A stretch of DNA of 64,000 nucleotides from Patescibacteria group bacterium (GTDB taxonomy: Bacteria > Patescibacteriota > Microgenomatia > UBA1400 > PJMF01): the NCBI GenBank assembly GCA_049322655.1, contig JBMORP010000006.1:512410-576409 (forward strand), written 5' to 3'. The notes beneath the pieces were generated by a model. That model was given only the letters and a program-made list of their open reading frames with translations, did no database searches and was not told where the DNA came from. A program made the translations under genes and the position numbers. Below are positions 1 through 10,457 of this stretch, one piece after another; position 1 is the stretch's first letter; every line of letters begins with the position of its first letter.

Positions 1-2165
1 ACTCCCGCCTATTCTAGACAATTCCATATACAAAATCAGTGCCAAGTTGTAGTAAAGCTTCACGGGGTCTTTTTGTCCTGCTGCTAGTAGGCCGCATCTT
101 CACGGCCATTTCAATTTCGCCGAGTAATAGTTTAAGACAGTATGAGGCTTGTTATACCTTTCGTGCGGGTCGCCAATTAAGCGACAAGGAACTTCGCTAC
201 CTTAGAACAGTTATAGTTACTGCTGCCGTTCACCGGGGCTTCGATTGAAAGCCCTTGATCCGAAAACCAAGAACCCTCGCAATTAACCTTCCGGCACCGG
301 GCAGGCTTCAGCCCGTATACTTCCTCTTACGAGTTTGCACGGACCTGTGTTTTTGTTAAACAGTCAACCTCATGACATTCACTGCGCCTTGCCTTGCGGC
401 AAGGAGGGCATCTTTCGAGATTACGCCCAGCTGTTTTGCCGAATTCCTTAAACTACCTTCTCTCGCTCCCCTTGGTCTACTCGACCTATCCACCTGTGTC
501 GGTTATCGGTACGATTTTATATAAATCTCCCTGCGAAACTTTTCCAGGACAAAGAAATCAGATATATCAAGAGTCACAAGGACTCAAGACCCATCACACC
601 TCAGATAAACGCCTCGACGGATTTTCCTATCAAGACTGCTTCAGTGATTAGATTTGAAATTCACTTCCAAATATATCTTATCCTTCGTCGTCATTCCCCA
701 AGTCAAACGATCTATACAAAGGACTGGAATATTAACCAGTAATCCATCGGCTACCCTTGCCCTTAAGACAAGGCTGACCTTAGGGTCGCCTAACCCGCAC
801 ACGACGAACGTGGGTGCGGAAACCTTGGATATTCGGGGTTGTGGATTCTCACCACAATTTCGCTACTCATGCCGGCATTCTCACTTCTGATCACTCCAGC
901 ACCTCCTCACGGGGCACCTTCACAGTACACAGAACGCTCCCTTACCACTTCCTACATATTATTGTAAAAAATCCTAAGCTTCGGTTGTATATTTTAGCCT
1001 CGTTAAATTTTCGACGCATGTACCCTACGGCTAGTGAGCTGTTACGCTTTCTTTAAAGGATGGCTGCTTCTGAGCCGACCTCCTAGGTGTCTTAGGATAC
1101 AAACTTCCTTTCCCACTCAATATACATTAGAGACCTTAGCTGTAGGTCTGGATTGTTACCCTTTAGCTCTTGGAACTTAGCTCCCAAGTGCTGAGTGCCA
1201 CGAAACACACATTAGTATTCGGAGTTTGACTAGATGCTGGAAGTTTCCTCCCAAACACCCGATCAGTGCTCTACCCCTAATGCGCTTAACGTGACCCCAT
1301 ACCTAAATATGTTTCAGGGAGAACCAGCTATCTCCAGGTTCGATTGGCATATTACCCCCAACCACAACTCATCCGAGCATCTTGCAGCATACAACGGTGC
1401 GGGCTTCCTTTTTCCTTTCGGAAAAACTCACCCTGGTCATGGTTAGCTCACCTGGTTTCGGGTCATTCAACAACTACCATAAATCGCCCTCTTAAGGCTC
1501 GCTTTCACTGAGGCTTCGACGCGGAACGTCTTAACCAAAGCAGTTGTCAAATACTCGCCGGCTCATTCTTCAATAGGCACGACATCACACAACAAGTGTG
1601 CTTTGTCTGTTTGTTAGCAAATAGTTTCAGGGACTATTTCACGGGGTCTTCAACCCTTCTTTTCACCTTTCCCTCACGGTACTCGTTCACTATCGATCTT
1701 ATCTAGTATTTAGCCTTGGAGTGTGGTCACCCCAGCTTCAGAAGGGAGTTTGCCGTCTCCCAACCTACTCAGGAATCTTCTATGGTCTGTTTTTATTTCA
1801 AATACACGACTTTCACGTTCTTTGGTTACGTACTCCACCGTATTCTTTTATAAAACCAGAATCCAATGTTGAAGTCCTACAACCCCCATATAAATATGGG
1901 TTTGGGCTTTTCCCTTTTCGCTCGTCGCTTACTCAGGGAATCTCTTACGTTTTCTTTTCCTCAGGGTACTTAGATATTTCAGTTCCCCTGGTTACCCCCC
2001 TTCATCAAAGATGAAGAGCCATTATGATCTCTCATAACGAGGTTACCCTATTCGGACACCGCCGGATCACAGCTTTTTGCCAGCTCCCCGACGACTATCG
2101 CGGGCTTGGCGTCCTTCTTCGGCTAGATAAGTCTAGGCATCCACTACTTGCTTTAATTCACATAA
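1..2165 (-). rRNA. rrl: 23S ribosomal RNA, partial (5' about 2/3; 5' end near 2165, window truncates the 3' part)
   Basis: Reverse complement contains conserved 23S blocks. At about 2090-2050: GGGGAACTGAAATATCTAAGTACCC (the domain I 5' conserved block). At about 200-150: GGTAGCGAAGTTCCTTGTCGCTTAATTGGCGACCCGCACGAAAGG (the helix 69/71 region). At about 2155-2120: GTGGATGCCTAGAC...GAAGGACGCC, a 5'-terminal match. ORFs called inside are spurious. Confidence 0.93.
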
Positions 2166-2186
2166 TTAGCGAAATTTGCATTTTTT

Positions 2187-2210
2187 AATTTAAATTTAAA
2201 TTTAAATTTT
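2187..2210. repeat. short tandem repeat (TTAAAT)x4 in the tRNA-23S spacer
   Basis: tttaaatttaaatttaaattt read directly in the spacer. Confidence 0.7.
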
Positions 2211-2391
2211 TAATAAATTCTCGACGAATTTACTATTAGATGACATATCTCTTCACTTTTTAAAGAACAAACTAATCAAGAAGCTTGCGCTCCTTGTTGT
2301 TCGCCCCGAGTAATTAGAATATCTCCTAAAACCCGTGAACGAATAACAAACAGCTCAAATTTTTAAACTTATTGATTATGTTAAGTTGCGG

Positions 2392-2465
2392 TGGACCCTA
2401 AGGGTCTCGAACCCTTGACCTCTACATTGCAAATGTAGCGCTCTAGCCAACTGAGCTAAGGGCCC
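2392..2465 (-). tRNA. tRNA-Ala (anticodon TGC)
   Basis: The reverse complement GGGCCCTTAGCTCAGTTGGCTAGAGCGCTACATTTGCAATGTAGAGGTCAAGGGTTCGAGACCCTTAGGGTCCA folds as a cloverleaf. The 7-nt anticodon loop TTTGCAA gives anticodon TGC. The G3:U70 Ala identity pair is present. The T-loop is TTCGAGA. CCA is not encoded. Confidence 0.9.
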
Positions 2466-2651
2466 ATATTAAAGTCCAGGTTGGCCACAAAAAAAGCCGG
2501 GCCAACTTTTTGGGTTATTCACTTGTTATTAAAATCGGGTGAGGGATTCTGTTGAAAAAAACTCAACTAGAATATCTATTTTCTGCTTTCCCGAACAGAG
2601 AACGATATTATAAGCAAAGATATTTTTTTTTGCAAGTAGGATAAAAAGGGA

Positions 2652-3287
2652 TTATCTCTCAGGCAAAATCTCTACTTTTAAACCAACTTTTTCTAAAACT
2701 TTTAAGTTTTTTTGAGCTGTTTTTTCGTCTAATTCTCCATCAAGTTCATAAAAAAGAGGTAACTCTCTTTTGGCCAATTTATTATAAAACTCAATCTGAG
2801 GAACAAGCACTTCTTTAGCTACTTTGGGAGAAGCAGCCGCTAACCAGTCAGCAGAAATTCTATAACAACCTAAGTTATAAATCTGTTCACCACCACCCAA
2901 AGTAAAACAAATTTTATTAGCTACATGAATTCCCTTTGGTCTAACCATGTGACCCTTGACCTCATCTTTGAGTTTTTTTGGGTCAGAGAAAGGAATAAAA
3001 CCAGCATAAGACAAACCTTCTTGATCTGCCAAAGCTTCAATTTGTTGTTGCATCGAAGCATCTGCTTGCTCAAAGTCAACCAAATTCATTTTACTTTTAA
3101 TCCAGTCATTTTCTTGAGATGCAACAATGCTAATGGCAGGACCAAAAACTTTTTTCAAAGCAGCAACTGCTTTCGAAAAACCAGGTAATTCATAGCCAGC
3201 GCCAGCAAAAGCCAGCCTAGTACCCTCATTAATTTGGACACCTTCATCTCCACATGTAATCACATAAGTGGATTGTTGTTCTGTCAT
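2652..3287 (-). CDS. hypothetical protein (211 aa), no family recognised
   Basis: Long ORF with coding-like composition; no motif I can name. Confidence 0.5.
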   Translation of the reverse strand: MTEQQSTYVITCGDEGVQINEGTRLAFAGAGYELPGFSKAVAALKKVFGPAISIVASQENDWIKSKMNLVDFEQADASMQQQIEALADQEGLSYAGFIPFSDPKKLKDEVKGHMVRPKGIHVANKICFTLGGGEQIYNLGCYRISADWLAAASPKVAKEVLVPQIEFYNKLAKRELPLFYELDGELDEKTAQKNLKVLEKVGLKVEILPER

Positions 3288-3312
3288 ATATTCTTTCTAA
3301 AAGACACTGAAA

Positions 3313-3549
3313 TTAATCTTCAGCTTCTTCTGAGTGGGACATAGCTTGAATAGAGGCTAAATATTGATTCATATCAGCTTCTACTTTTTCCCAATCTCCA
3401 TTTGCTTCACGGATTGCGTTAAACAACAAATCCATGTCAATTAAAAGTTGGTCATCGGTTACGATCATTCTTTGTTTTGCCATAATGTTATTATACCATT
3501 TTCCAGAGAAAAAGTCGATTGAATCGGCTTTTTTCAAAAACTGGCCCAT
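3313..3549 (-). CDS. small hypothetical protein (78 aa; may start at the internal Met about 3483)
   Basis: The ORF start overlaps a strong hairpin at 3541-3566, so a downstream start is possible. Confidence 0.35.
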   Translation of the reverse strand: MGQFLKKADSIDFFSGKWYNNIMAKQRMIVTDDQLLIDMDLLFNAIREANGDWEKVEADMNQYLASIQAMSHSEEAED

Positions 3550-3570
3550 TAGATCGGGCCAGTTTTTATC
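3541..3570. terminator. GC-rich hairpin flanked by T-runs on both strands; likely rho-independent terminator of the S1 gene
   Basis: ctggccc-attagatc-gggccag followed by ttttt on the plus strand. The reverse complement is likewise followed by tttttg. It lies 23 nt downstream of the S1 stop. Confidence 0.55.
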
Positions 3571-3592
3571 AAATACTATTTTAAATTACGGT

Positions 3593-4855
3593 TTATTTAT
3601 AACCCATTGGCGCTTCGGTTAAGATCACACTTAAACTCATGCGACGTTGTTCAGGCACAATGTTTTCCACATTAACAGTTACCTCTTCACCAACTTTTAG
3701 CTCTTTAGCTGGGTCAAGTTTGCTAGAGTGGATTAAACCATCTACACCTGGCTCAACATTAACAAACACTCCAAAAGATTCAACTCTGGTTACTTTACCT
3801 GTAAAAGTGGTACCTACAGCATATTTTTCACCAATAGTTAACCATGGATCATCAATCAATTGTTTAATCGATAAATTGAGCTTGTTGGTTTTTTCATCAA
3901 TCCCCAAAACTTTAACTTTGAGTCGATCGCCAACAGAGTGGTAATCTTTAGGATGATTAACTTTTTCCCAACTAATTTCAGAGATATGGACTAAACCTTC
4001 GACATAACCGACATTGGCTGAATCTGATTTTTCATCAACAGGAATTTCAACGGTGACAAATAAACCAAAATGCATCACCCCAGAAACAACACCTTCATAG
4101 ATTTTGCCAGATTCAACCTTATCCAAAGCTTGATCTTTTTGGGCTAGCTCTTTGGCTTCACTGACGTGTCTCTCTGAAAAAATCAGTCTGTTCTTTTCTC
4201 GATCAACCTCAATCACTTTAACTTGGAAAGTTTCACCTTTTAAGTTGTTAACTTTACCAACAAAGTCTCGGCCAAACTGACTAGAAGGCACAAAACCACG
4301 GACACCATTAACTACCACAATCAAACCACCACGATTGGTTTCAACCCCTTTGGCTTCTAAAACTTCCTCATTCTCAAAAGCTTCTTCGAAATATTCCCAT
4401 TTGGCATCAGAAGCAGCTCCTCTTAAGGAAAGAGCTATTTGTCCACGATCGTTTTCTGAAGAAATCACCAAAGCTGACACTTCGTCGCCAACATTCAAAT
4501 CTTTAATGAACTCAGTGGCAAAATCGTATTCTTTGTCTGCAACAATTCCTTCTGTTTTTGCTCCCAAATCGATCACCAAAGATTTTTTATTCTTGGCAGT
4601 AATAATTCCTTTTAAAGAATCACCTTTTTGTGGCACTACTAGTTCATAGTCAGCACCAGCCAATAACTCCTCCATAGTCTGAGGTTTTTTGTCAGTTTTT
4701 TTAACTTTTGGTTCGGTAACCGGTTTTTCAACCTTCACCTCTTTTTGAGAAACTTCTTGAATTGGTTTTTCTGGTTGGTTTTCTGGAGTTTTCTCCTCAA
4801 CTTGAGAGGTTTGCTCCTCTATTTCTTTTTTATCTTGAGCTTTCTTTATAGCCAT
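3593..4855 (-). CDS. rpsA: 30S ribosomal protein S1 (short form, about 4 S1 domains) with a Lys/Glu-rich N-terminal extension
   Basis: Repeated S1 OB-fold signatures (GKVTRVESFGVFVNV, EGVVSGVMHFGLFVTV, GDEVSALVISSEN). The N-terminal 70 aa are low-complexity K/E/P-rich. Confidence 0.85.
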   Translation of the reverse strand: MAIKKAQDKKEIEEQTSQVEEKTPENQPEKPIQEVSQKEVKVEKPVTEPKVKKTDKKPQTMEELLAGADYELVVPQKGDSLKGIITAKNKKSLVIDLGAKTEGIVADKEYDFATEFIKDLNVGDEVSALVISSENDRGQIALSLRGAASDAKWEYFEEAFENEEVLEAKGVETNRGGLIVVVNGVRGFVPSSQFGRDFVGKVNNLKGETFQVKVIEVDREKNRLIFSERHVSEAKELAQKDQALDKVESGKIYEGVVSGVMHFGLFVTVEIPVDEKSDSANVGYVEGLVHISEISWEKVNHPKDYHSVGDRLKVKVLGIDEKTNKLNLSIKQLIDDPWLTIGEKYAVGTTFTGKVTRVESFGVFVNVEPGVDGLIHSSKLDPAKELKVGEEVTVNVENIVPEQRRMSLSVILTEAPMGYK

Positions 4856-4946
4856 ACACGATAAATCCCCTTTCTTTTGGAATCCATGAAGTATATCATA
4901 CTGATATTAATTTTTCACAAGAACTCCAGAGATAGTAATTATCACC

Positions 4947-5591
4947 ATGATTAAAATTCACCCTTACTATTTTTCCTCAACTAAAAGAGTGTTCGATTTG
5001 CTATTAGCCTTACTACTATCAATTGTTCTTTTGCCAATGCTAGTGATTATTGCCCTAATAATATTAATAACCACTGGTCAGCCAATCATTTTCAAACAAA
5101 AAAGAACTGGGCAAAATGGCAAAACTTTTACTATTTATAAGTTTAGAACCATGGAAAAAAATGCTGCCTTAACCAAGCATAAATATGAAAACCTCAATCA
5201 AGCACCAGCCCCAATGTTTAAAATTCATGATGATCCAAGATTTGTTGGTCTAGGTAGGTTTCTATCTAGAACTGGCTTTGATGAACTACCCCAACTGTTA
5301 AATATTATCGAGGGCAATATGAGTTTTGTTGGACCCAGACCTTTGCCCATAAAAGAAGCTGAAGCTTTACCAAAAAAATGGAAAGCTTTTAGAGAACAGG
5401 TCAAACCAGGGATTTTTTCTGAGTGGTCAATTTCTTGGGAAAGACACCAAAGTTTAGCCAAGTGGCAGAAACTAGAAGAACAAACCATGAAAAATGGGTC
5501 TATTTACAAAGACTTTTTTTATATTTATGAGGTTATTTCGTCACAATTACTTTTACTCTTAAAAAAGAAAAAACTAAAAACCAAAAATTAG
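4947..5591 (+). CDS. undecaprenyl-phosphate sugar phosphotransferase (bacterial sugar transferase family, WbaP/PglC-like small form)
   Basis: N-terminal TM, then KRVFDLLLAL...IIFKQKRTG.NGKTFTIYKFRTM...MFKIHDDPRFVGLGRFLSRTGFDELPQLLNIIEGNMSFVGPRP, the canonical sugar-transferase motif set. Confidence 0.9.
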   Translation: MIKIHPYYFSSTKRVFDLLLALLLSIVLLPMLVIIALIILITTGQPIIFKQKRTGQNGKTFTIYKFRTMEKNAALTKHKYENLNQAPAPMFKIHDDPRFVGLGRFLSRTGFDELPQLLNIIEGNMSFVGPRPLPIKEAEALPKKWKAFREQVKPGIFSEWSISWERHQSLAKWQKLEEQTMKNGSIYKDFFYIYEVISSQLLLLLKKKKLKTKN

Positions 5592-8048
5592 TTGTCTAAT
5601 TTCTTCATATCTGGCTTGATCAAACGATTTTTCCCTAATAGACTCCAAAGCAGTTTTGCATTCGTGGTTATTTTGATTCAACTCAAAACAAGTTTGAAAA
5701 GCATGTTCAGCCTTTTCCATAGAAAACAATCTCGCCAAAACATAGCCTCTTTGGGCAGGAATCCAATATAATCCATAACTATTAGCTTTTAAAAACTCAT
5801 CAAAAACTAACACTTTATTTTCATTGCTATTTTCCAGCAAAAAATCATAATAGCTTTGAAAAACTTTTTCTAAATTAACAGTCTTTTCTTGGAAAAAAAC
5901 CAAGTCTAAATATTGATTAGTTGAATATTCTGACTGAGTGATTTGAGAGATAAGTTGTAAAAGAGAAATATAGTGCCAACCCCACTGCTCTTGATCTGCT
6001 GTAAAAATTAAATTTAGGTTATCTCGGTTAAAATCATCCTTAAACCAAGCGACACTCCATTCTGCCAGGTCTAACATTCTTCTCACAAAATCGCTGCGCT
6101 TTTGTAAATTTTTATCTAAATCCAGATTATTAACTAACAAAGCATAGTAAACTTTAGCCAAAGTTTCACGATTATCGCCCCATTGTTCTGCTGGAATCTT
6201 TTCTAAACTAGTTAAAAAATCAACTTTTTCTGAAAAGGAATACCTTGTAATCAAGAGGTCTTCCAAAAAAGGAAGTTTCTTAGCCAAAGACCACTCATCA
6301 AACTTATAAGCATTTAGTAGGTTGGCTGTAGCTGAAGCTAAATTTTTATTTTTAAAATCATTTTCAGCTAAATAAATAAAAAATCTTGACCAGTCACTTT
6401 TAGTTTTATGATCCAAACTTTCTTTTTGAAAATTAATGTTGGTTTGTCGACTTACAAAAAAATCATCAATAAAAGTCATTGTCTTTCTTAATTTTTCTAC
6501 ATCTTGATGATTGTAGTGATAGGCAGGCAAATCACTTTCAATAACCAACCATGGGTTAGCTGACCACAACTGATACTCGTAAACTTCTTTTTCATCAGCT
6601 GGTAACTTAGTTAAAAGATAATCACTAAATAGAGGGAAGTAATTATCAGCTAACAGTTTTTTATCTTGAATAGAAAAATCATTATGCTCAATAAAAACTT
6701 TGGCATGATGGTAAAAATAAGGAAAAATACGAAAAGCAGTTTTTTCTTTTTCAATAAAGATCAAACCAGATACAAAAAAATTAAAAATCGAAAAAAGTAA
6801 CAACAAAGCAAAGGACAAATTTAAAAAGGGCTTAATTTTTCTAATAGAGACTGAAACTTTATTGTTGCCACCAATGAATAAACTACTTAGTAACAAAAAG
6901 GTCACAGCCAAACCAAACAAGTGAAAATTATAATCAAAAAAGATATCAAAAATAAATGAACCCAAAGCTAAAAAAACTAATTTAAAACTAAAGTCATTTT
7001 TATCTTGACCTTGAGTTTTAATATTCATAAAAACCAATAAAACAATCAAGATAAAAAATAACCCAGCAAAAACCCCACTTTCAGTGAAGATCTGAAGAAA
7101 ATCATTATGAACAAACTTAGTCCATAGTTCTGGTATCTGACGATATTGGTAAGAAACAACTTCAAAAGTACCAGGTCCGTTACCAAGCCATGGATTTCTA
7201 AAAAAAGAAATAATGGCTTGAGACCAATAAAAATGCCTAACATTAAAACTAAAATCTTCTTTGCATAACTGATCTTTATACTGAAAATCAGCAAAGTATT
7301 GACAATTATTTAGACCAGAAAAAACTAGTTGAGAGGCAAGTAATAAAATACTCAAATAAAAAATCACTTTTAAGTTTTTATCAATAAATCTTTCCTCTTT
7401 AAAAGAGTTAAATTTTAAATTAATCAGCACAAATAACTGCAAGATGGAAAGAAATAGCAAAACCCTACCAAAACTAATCATCAGCACTAAATAAAAAAAG
7501 ATAGTAATAAAAAAATAAATTTTTTTGTTTTGTTTTATAAAAGACCTAATTGATAAAGGAGCTAATAACAACAAAAAAGTACCTAAGTGATTATGCCCAT
7601 AAGAAGAATAAATTAAATTTATTGGTGGAATTTTTTCAGCTAGATTGGGCAAAAACATTAAACCGAGAGCGACAAAAGAGAGGGAAAAACCCAAAAAGAA
7701 AAAAATATCCAAAATAAATTCCCTTTCTTTGGCTGAAAAATCTAAACTAGAGAAAAAAATAAAAATCAAAAAAAGACTTACATACCTTATAAAAGTATGC
7801 AAACTAATTGCCCAAGAACTAGAAAATAATAAAGCCAAAAAAACAAATAATAAAAATCCAAAGATGGCCAACAATAAATGTGTGTTTAAGTTTTTCTTAA
7901 AAGGAAAAACCTTCTGACCAACAAAAAATACTAAACAAAATAAAAAAACTACTAAATAGCTATAAATAGTTTCTGCAAACAAAAAACTAGTTAATAAGGC
8001 TACAAAAAACAAAATAAAAAAAATAATCTTTTGCCAAGAGAAATTCAT
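5574..8048 (-). CDS. O-antigen ligase/Wzy-like polytopic membrane protein with a long C-terminal soluble repeat (TPR-like) domain, 824 aa
   Basis: Many TM helices. SSYGHNHLGTFLLLLAP resembles the Wzy_C region. The C-terminal 350 aa are hydrophilic and helical. Paralog of 19181-21181. Confidence 0.65.
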   Translation of the reverse strand: MNFSWQKIIFFILFFVALLTSFLFAETIYSYLVVFLFCLVFFVGQKVFPFKKNLNTHLLLAIFGFLLFVFLALLFSSSWAISLHTFIRYVSLFLIFIFFSSLDFSAKEREFILDIFFFLGFSLSFVALGLMFLPNLAEKIPPINLIYSSYGHNHLGTFLLLLAPLSIRSFIKQNKKIYFFITIFFYLVLMISFGRVLLFLSILQLFVLINLKFNSFKEERFIDKNLKVIFYLSILLLASQLVFSGLNNCQYFADFQYKDQLCKEDFSFNVRHFYWSQAIISFFRNPWLGNGPGTFEVVSYQYRQIPELWTKFVHNDFLQIFTESGVFAGLFFILIVLLVFMNIKTQGQDKNDFSFKLVFLALGSFIFDIFFDYNFHLFGLAVTFLLLSSLFIGGNNKVSVSIRKIKPFLNLSFALLLLFSIFNFFVSGLIFIEKEKTAFRIFPYFYHHAKVFIEHNDFSIQDKKLLADNYFPLFSDYLLTKLPADEKEVYEYQLWSANPWLVIESDLPAYHYNHQDVEKLRKTMTFIDDFFVSRQTNINFQKESLDHKTKSDWSRFFIYLAENDFKNKNLASATANLLNAYKFDEWSLAKKLPFLEDLLITRYSFSEKVDFLTSLEKIPAEQWGDNRETLAKVYYALLVNNLDLDKNLQKRSDFVRRMLDLAEWSVAWFKDDFNRDNLNLIFTADQEQWGWHYISLLQLISQITQSEYSTNQYLDLVFFQEKTVNLEKVFQSYYDFLLENSNENKVLVFDEFLKANSYGLYWIPAQRGYVLARLFSMEKAEHAFQTCFELNQNNHECKTALESIREKSFDQARYEEIRQLIFGF

Positions 8049-8104
8049 TAATTATTTATGATACCATCCTATCAAGACTATGCTAATCGATAATAAATTT
8101 TGAT

Positions 8105-9403
8105 ATGAGCAAAGACATTTTTTCCCTAATCTCCCAAAAATACCTGAAAAATAATCTAATGTTAGTGATGCTGATTGGTTTGGGTAAAGCTATTAGTCTA
8201 ATTTGGAAAAGCATCTTATTGAAACAAAATATTGAGTTAGTAGGAATAATTGAAGTATTGCTAACTACCCTTGGACTATTGACAGCTTTAACCACCTTAG
8301 CAATCCCGGCTGCTTTTGCTAGATTTTCCCTAAAAAATAGATTAAAAATTTTACAATATAAAAACTTTGCTTTGAAACAAATTGGCAAAATTTTTATAAT
8401 CATGGTGCTAGCCATAAGCTTAGTCGCTTTAACTGCAAAAGCTTTCTATCAGCAGGTCTTTATTATTTCTTCAGTAGCTTTTTCATTGTTGTTGTTGACC
8501 AATGTTATTCAGGAACTATTTTTAACTTATATTAATGTTGAAAAAAAATTTATTCTCTATGGATGTTTAAAATTTATCGCTCAACCTTTATTAAAAATTG
8601 GTTTATTAAGCTTAGTTATCGCCCAGTTTCTTCAACAGTCGGTTCTTTTCAATCACGTTATTTGGAGCATTATCATTACCACTGTTATAACAACTATTAT
8701 TTTAAAAATTAAAACCAGTTTTTTTAAACCAGTAATAAAAAAACTCAACATAATTGAACAGCAAGAATTTTTGACTTATACCAAGTTTTTAAGTGGATCT
8801 TTTCTCTCTTTTATTATTTATGGGGCCATAGATATTTATTTAATTCAATATTTTCTAGGAAATTTTTATGTTGGAATTTATTCTGCTATTTTTATGTTTG
8901 TAAATATTTTAGATTTAGTCTTTTCTCCTTTTTTACAAACATTTCAGGTTTATCTAGCAGACAAAAAAAATATTTTTTATAAAAAGAAATTCACCCAAAA
9001 AGCAGTGATTGGCTTACTCTTTTCTGGCTTACTTATTGGACTACCTATTTCTTTGCTGATACCAAGTTTTTTTGAGTTTTTCTTGAATGAAAAAATCTAC
9101 CTAACCACCACTCTGATCTTTGTAATCAGTAAAATCATTCATTCTGCTGTAGTACTAATAATCAGACATTACTTGGATTTTGAAGGCAAAGAACAGTTCA
9201 CTTTTAAAACCATGAACATTGCTCTTATTTCAAAAACAGTTCTAGGTATTTTGTTAATCAGTAAGTTGGGAATTTTTGGTTTAGCAATCAGCCAATTAAT
9301 TACAGAAATAGTTCACTTACTGATTTTAAAAACCCAAGCTGCCTTTATTTTTAAAAAAGATTATTTAAAATTTGATCAACCTTTTTCTCCCAAGAATTCT
9401 TAA
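8105..9403 (+). CDS. polysaccharide biosynthesis protein / Wzx-like oligosaccharide flippase (MOP superfamily)
   Basis: 432 aa with about 12-14 predicted TM helices, in a glycan locus next to Wzy-like and GT genes. Confidence 0.6.
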   Translation: MSKDIFSLISQKYLKNNLMLVMLIGLGKAISLIWKSILLKQNIELVGIIEVLLTTLGLLTALTTLAIPAAFARFSLKNRLKILQYKNFALKQIGKIFIIMVLAISLVALTAKAFYQQVFIISSVAFSLLLLTNVIQELFLTYINVEKKFILYGCLKFIAQPLLKIGLLSLVIAQFLQQSVLFNHVIWSIIITTVITTIILKIKTSFFKPVIKKLNIIEQQEFLTYTKFLSGSFLSFIIYGAIDIYLIQYFLGNFYVGIYSAIFMFVNILDLVFSPFLQTFQVYLADKKNIFYKKKFTQKAVIGLLFSGLLIGLPISLLIPSFFEFFLNEKIYLTTTLIFVISKIIHSAVVLIIRHYLDFEGKEQFTFKTMNIALISKTVLGILLISKLGIFGLAISQLITEIVHLLILKTQAAFIFKKDYLKFDQPFSPKNS

Positions 9404-10457
9404 GAGCAATCTTCCTCTTAGCTGATAACAGAACTAAACTTTTGTTCAAAAAACTATTAATCCCTTGCCAACCATTAACTTCTGGAAAATAAACATGATC
9501 TGGATAATAACTTAGTTCCTTAATAAAAGTAGAAATTACTGGTAAACCAACATAAAAATATTCCATAACTTTCATGGGAAAGGAATTTAAATTAAAAGCA
9601 GTTTTCTTGTAAGGAATCAGACCAATGTCATAATTACTCACTGTTGTTGTAATTTTATCTTTGGCTATTTTATCCAGCCAAAATATCTTTTTTTCAGCTA
9701 CTAATTTTAAAAATAATTTTTTTGATTTCAAGTCAGTTAGTTTCTGAGTAGAAAATGACAGTGGACCAATCAAAGTAAGTTCAAAATTACTATTACTCTC
9801 GATTAATTTCATAATAAAAGAAAAATCAATGCGCGACCCAATCCCACCAACAAAAACTAATCTCTTTTTTCTAGACTGATTTTTAGTCTTTAACTTTAGC
9901 GGTGGTGAATAAAAACCCAGTGGAACTTTTTTGATATCTTCTCTCAAATGCTGATAAGCTTTTTTGAGAGTAGTGGAATTAACAAAGACTTGATCAAATT
10001 TTTTTAAGGCTAGTTGGTGTTCAGCTTTTAAGTTTTCATAAAAAGAAAAGTGATCTACACAATCGAAAACAGAACGATCTCTATAGAGAAACTTCAAAAA
10101 AACTGAGCTATATTTAGGCTCAAAAAACCACATAATTCTTCTCCTCTTTTTATTACTTAAAAAAGCTAAATTAAGTAAAAAGATATTGATTACTAAATTT
10201 AGTTTCTTAACTAACTCAAATCGTTGCCCTGGAATAAACATGATCGGTCTAAAAATAAAGTAGTTTTTTGATTTTTTAATTAAAAAATTTTTTTTCAAAA
10301 ATCCCGAAAAATCATGAAATAAAGAAAATGGATTACCAAGAGCAACCCCTACAACAAAATTCTTTTTTTCTGCCAAAATTCTCATGGTTTGAGTGGAATA
10401 GTCACAAATATCATCAATCAAGGCATTAAAGGGAACAATAAAAATGGTTGACTTCAT
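9351..10457 (-). CDS. glycosyltransferase, GT-B fold (family 1/4-like); paralog of 36257-37381
   Basis: Shares the N-terminal IIPFxxLxDDIxDYxxQT and PGQRFELVKKLNLVINI blocks with the 36257 product. The C-terminal PMKVMEYFYVGLPVIS resembles the GT1 motif. Confidence 0.55.
   Translation of the reverse strand: MKSTIFIVPFNALIDDICDYSTQTMRILAEKKNFVVGVALGNPFSLFHDFSGFLKKNFLIKKSKNYFIFRPIMFIPGQRFELVKKLNLVINIFLLNLAFLSNKKRRRIMWFFEPKYSSVFLKFLYRDRSVFDCVDHFSFYENLKAEHQLALKKFDQVFVNSTTLKKAYQHLREDIKKVPLGFYSPPLKLKTKNQSRKKRLVFVGGIGSRIDFSFIMKLIESNSNFELTLIGPLSFSTQKLTDLKSKKLFLKLVAEKKIFWLDKIAKDKITTTVSNYDIGLIPYKKTAFNLNSFPMKVMEYFYVGLPVISTFIKELSYYPDHVYFPEVNGWQGINSFLNKSLVLLSAKRKIALKNSWEKKVDQILNNLF

Noticed and set aside
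39-2014. Six ORFs of 69-97 aa on the plus strand in the first 2 kb
   Set aside because: They lie entirely inside the minus-strand 23S rRNA. The region carries unmistakable rRNA conserved blocks and has no coding periodicity.
2187-2210. Tandem TTAAAT repeat as a possible CRISPR or regulatory array
   Set aside because: It is only 4 units of 6 nt with no spacers, lying in the tRNA-23S spacer. I found no CRISPR-like direct repeats separated by unique spacers anywhere in the window.
8083-8415. 110-aa minus-strand ORF overlapping the 5' end of the flippase gene. Similar antisense ORFs occur at 7046-7294, 7645-7917, 12737-12958, 28863-29081, 34251-34607 and 35408-35668.
   Set aside because: They are fully embedded antisense to long, well-supported membrane-protein genes in AT-rich DNA, and have no recognisable motifs.
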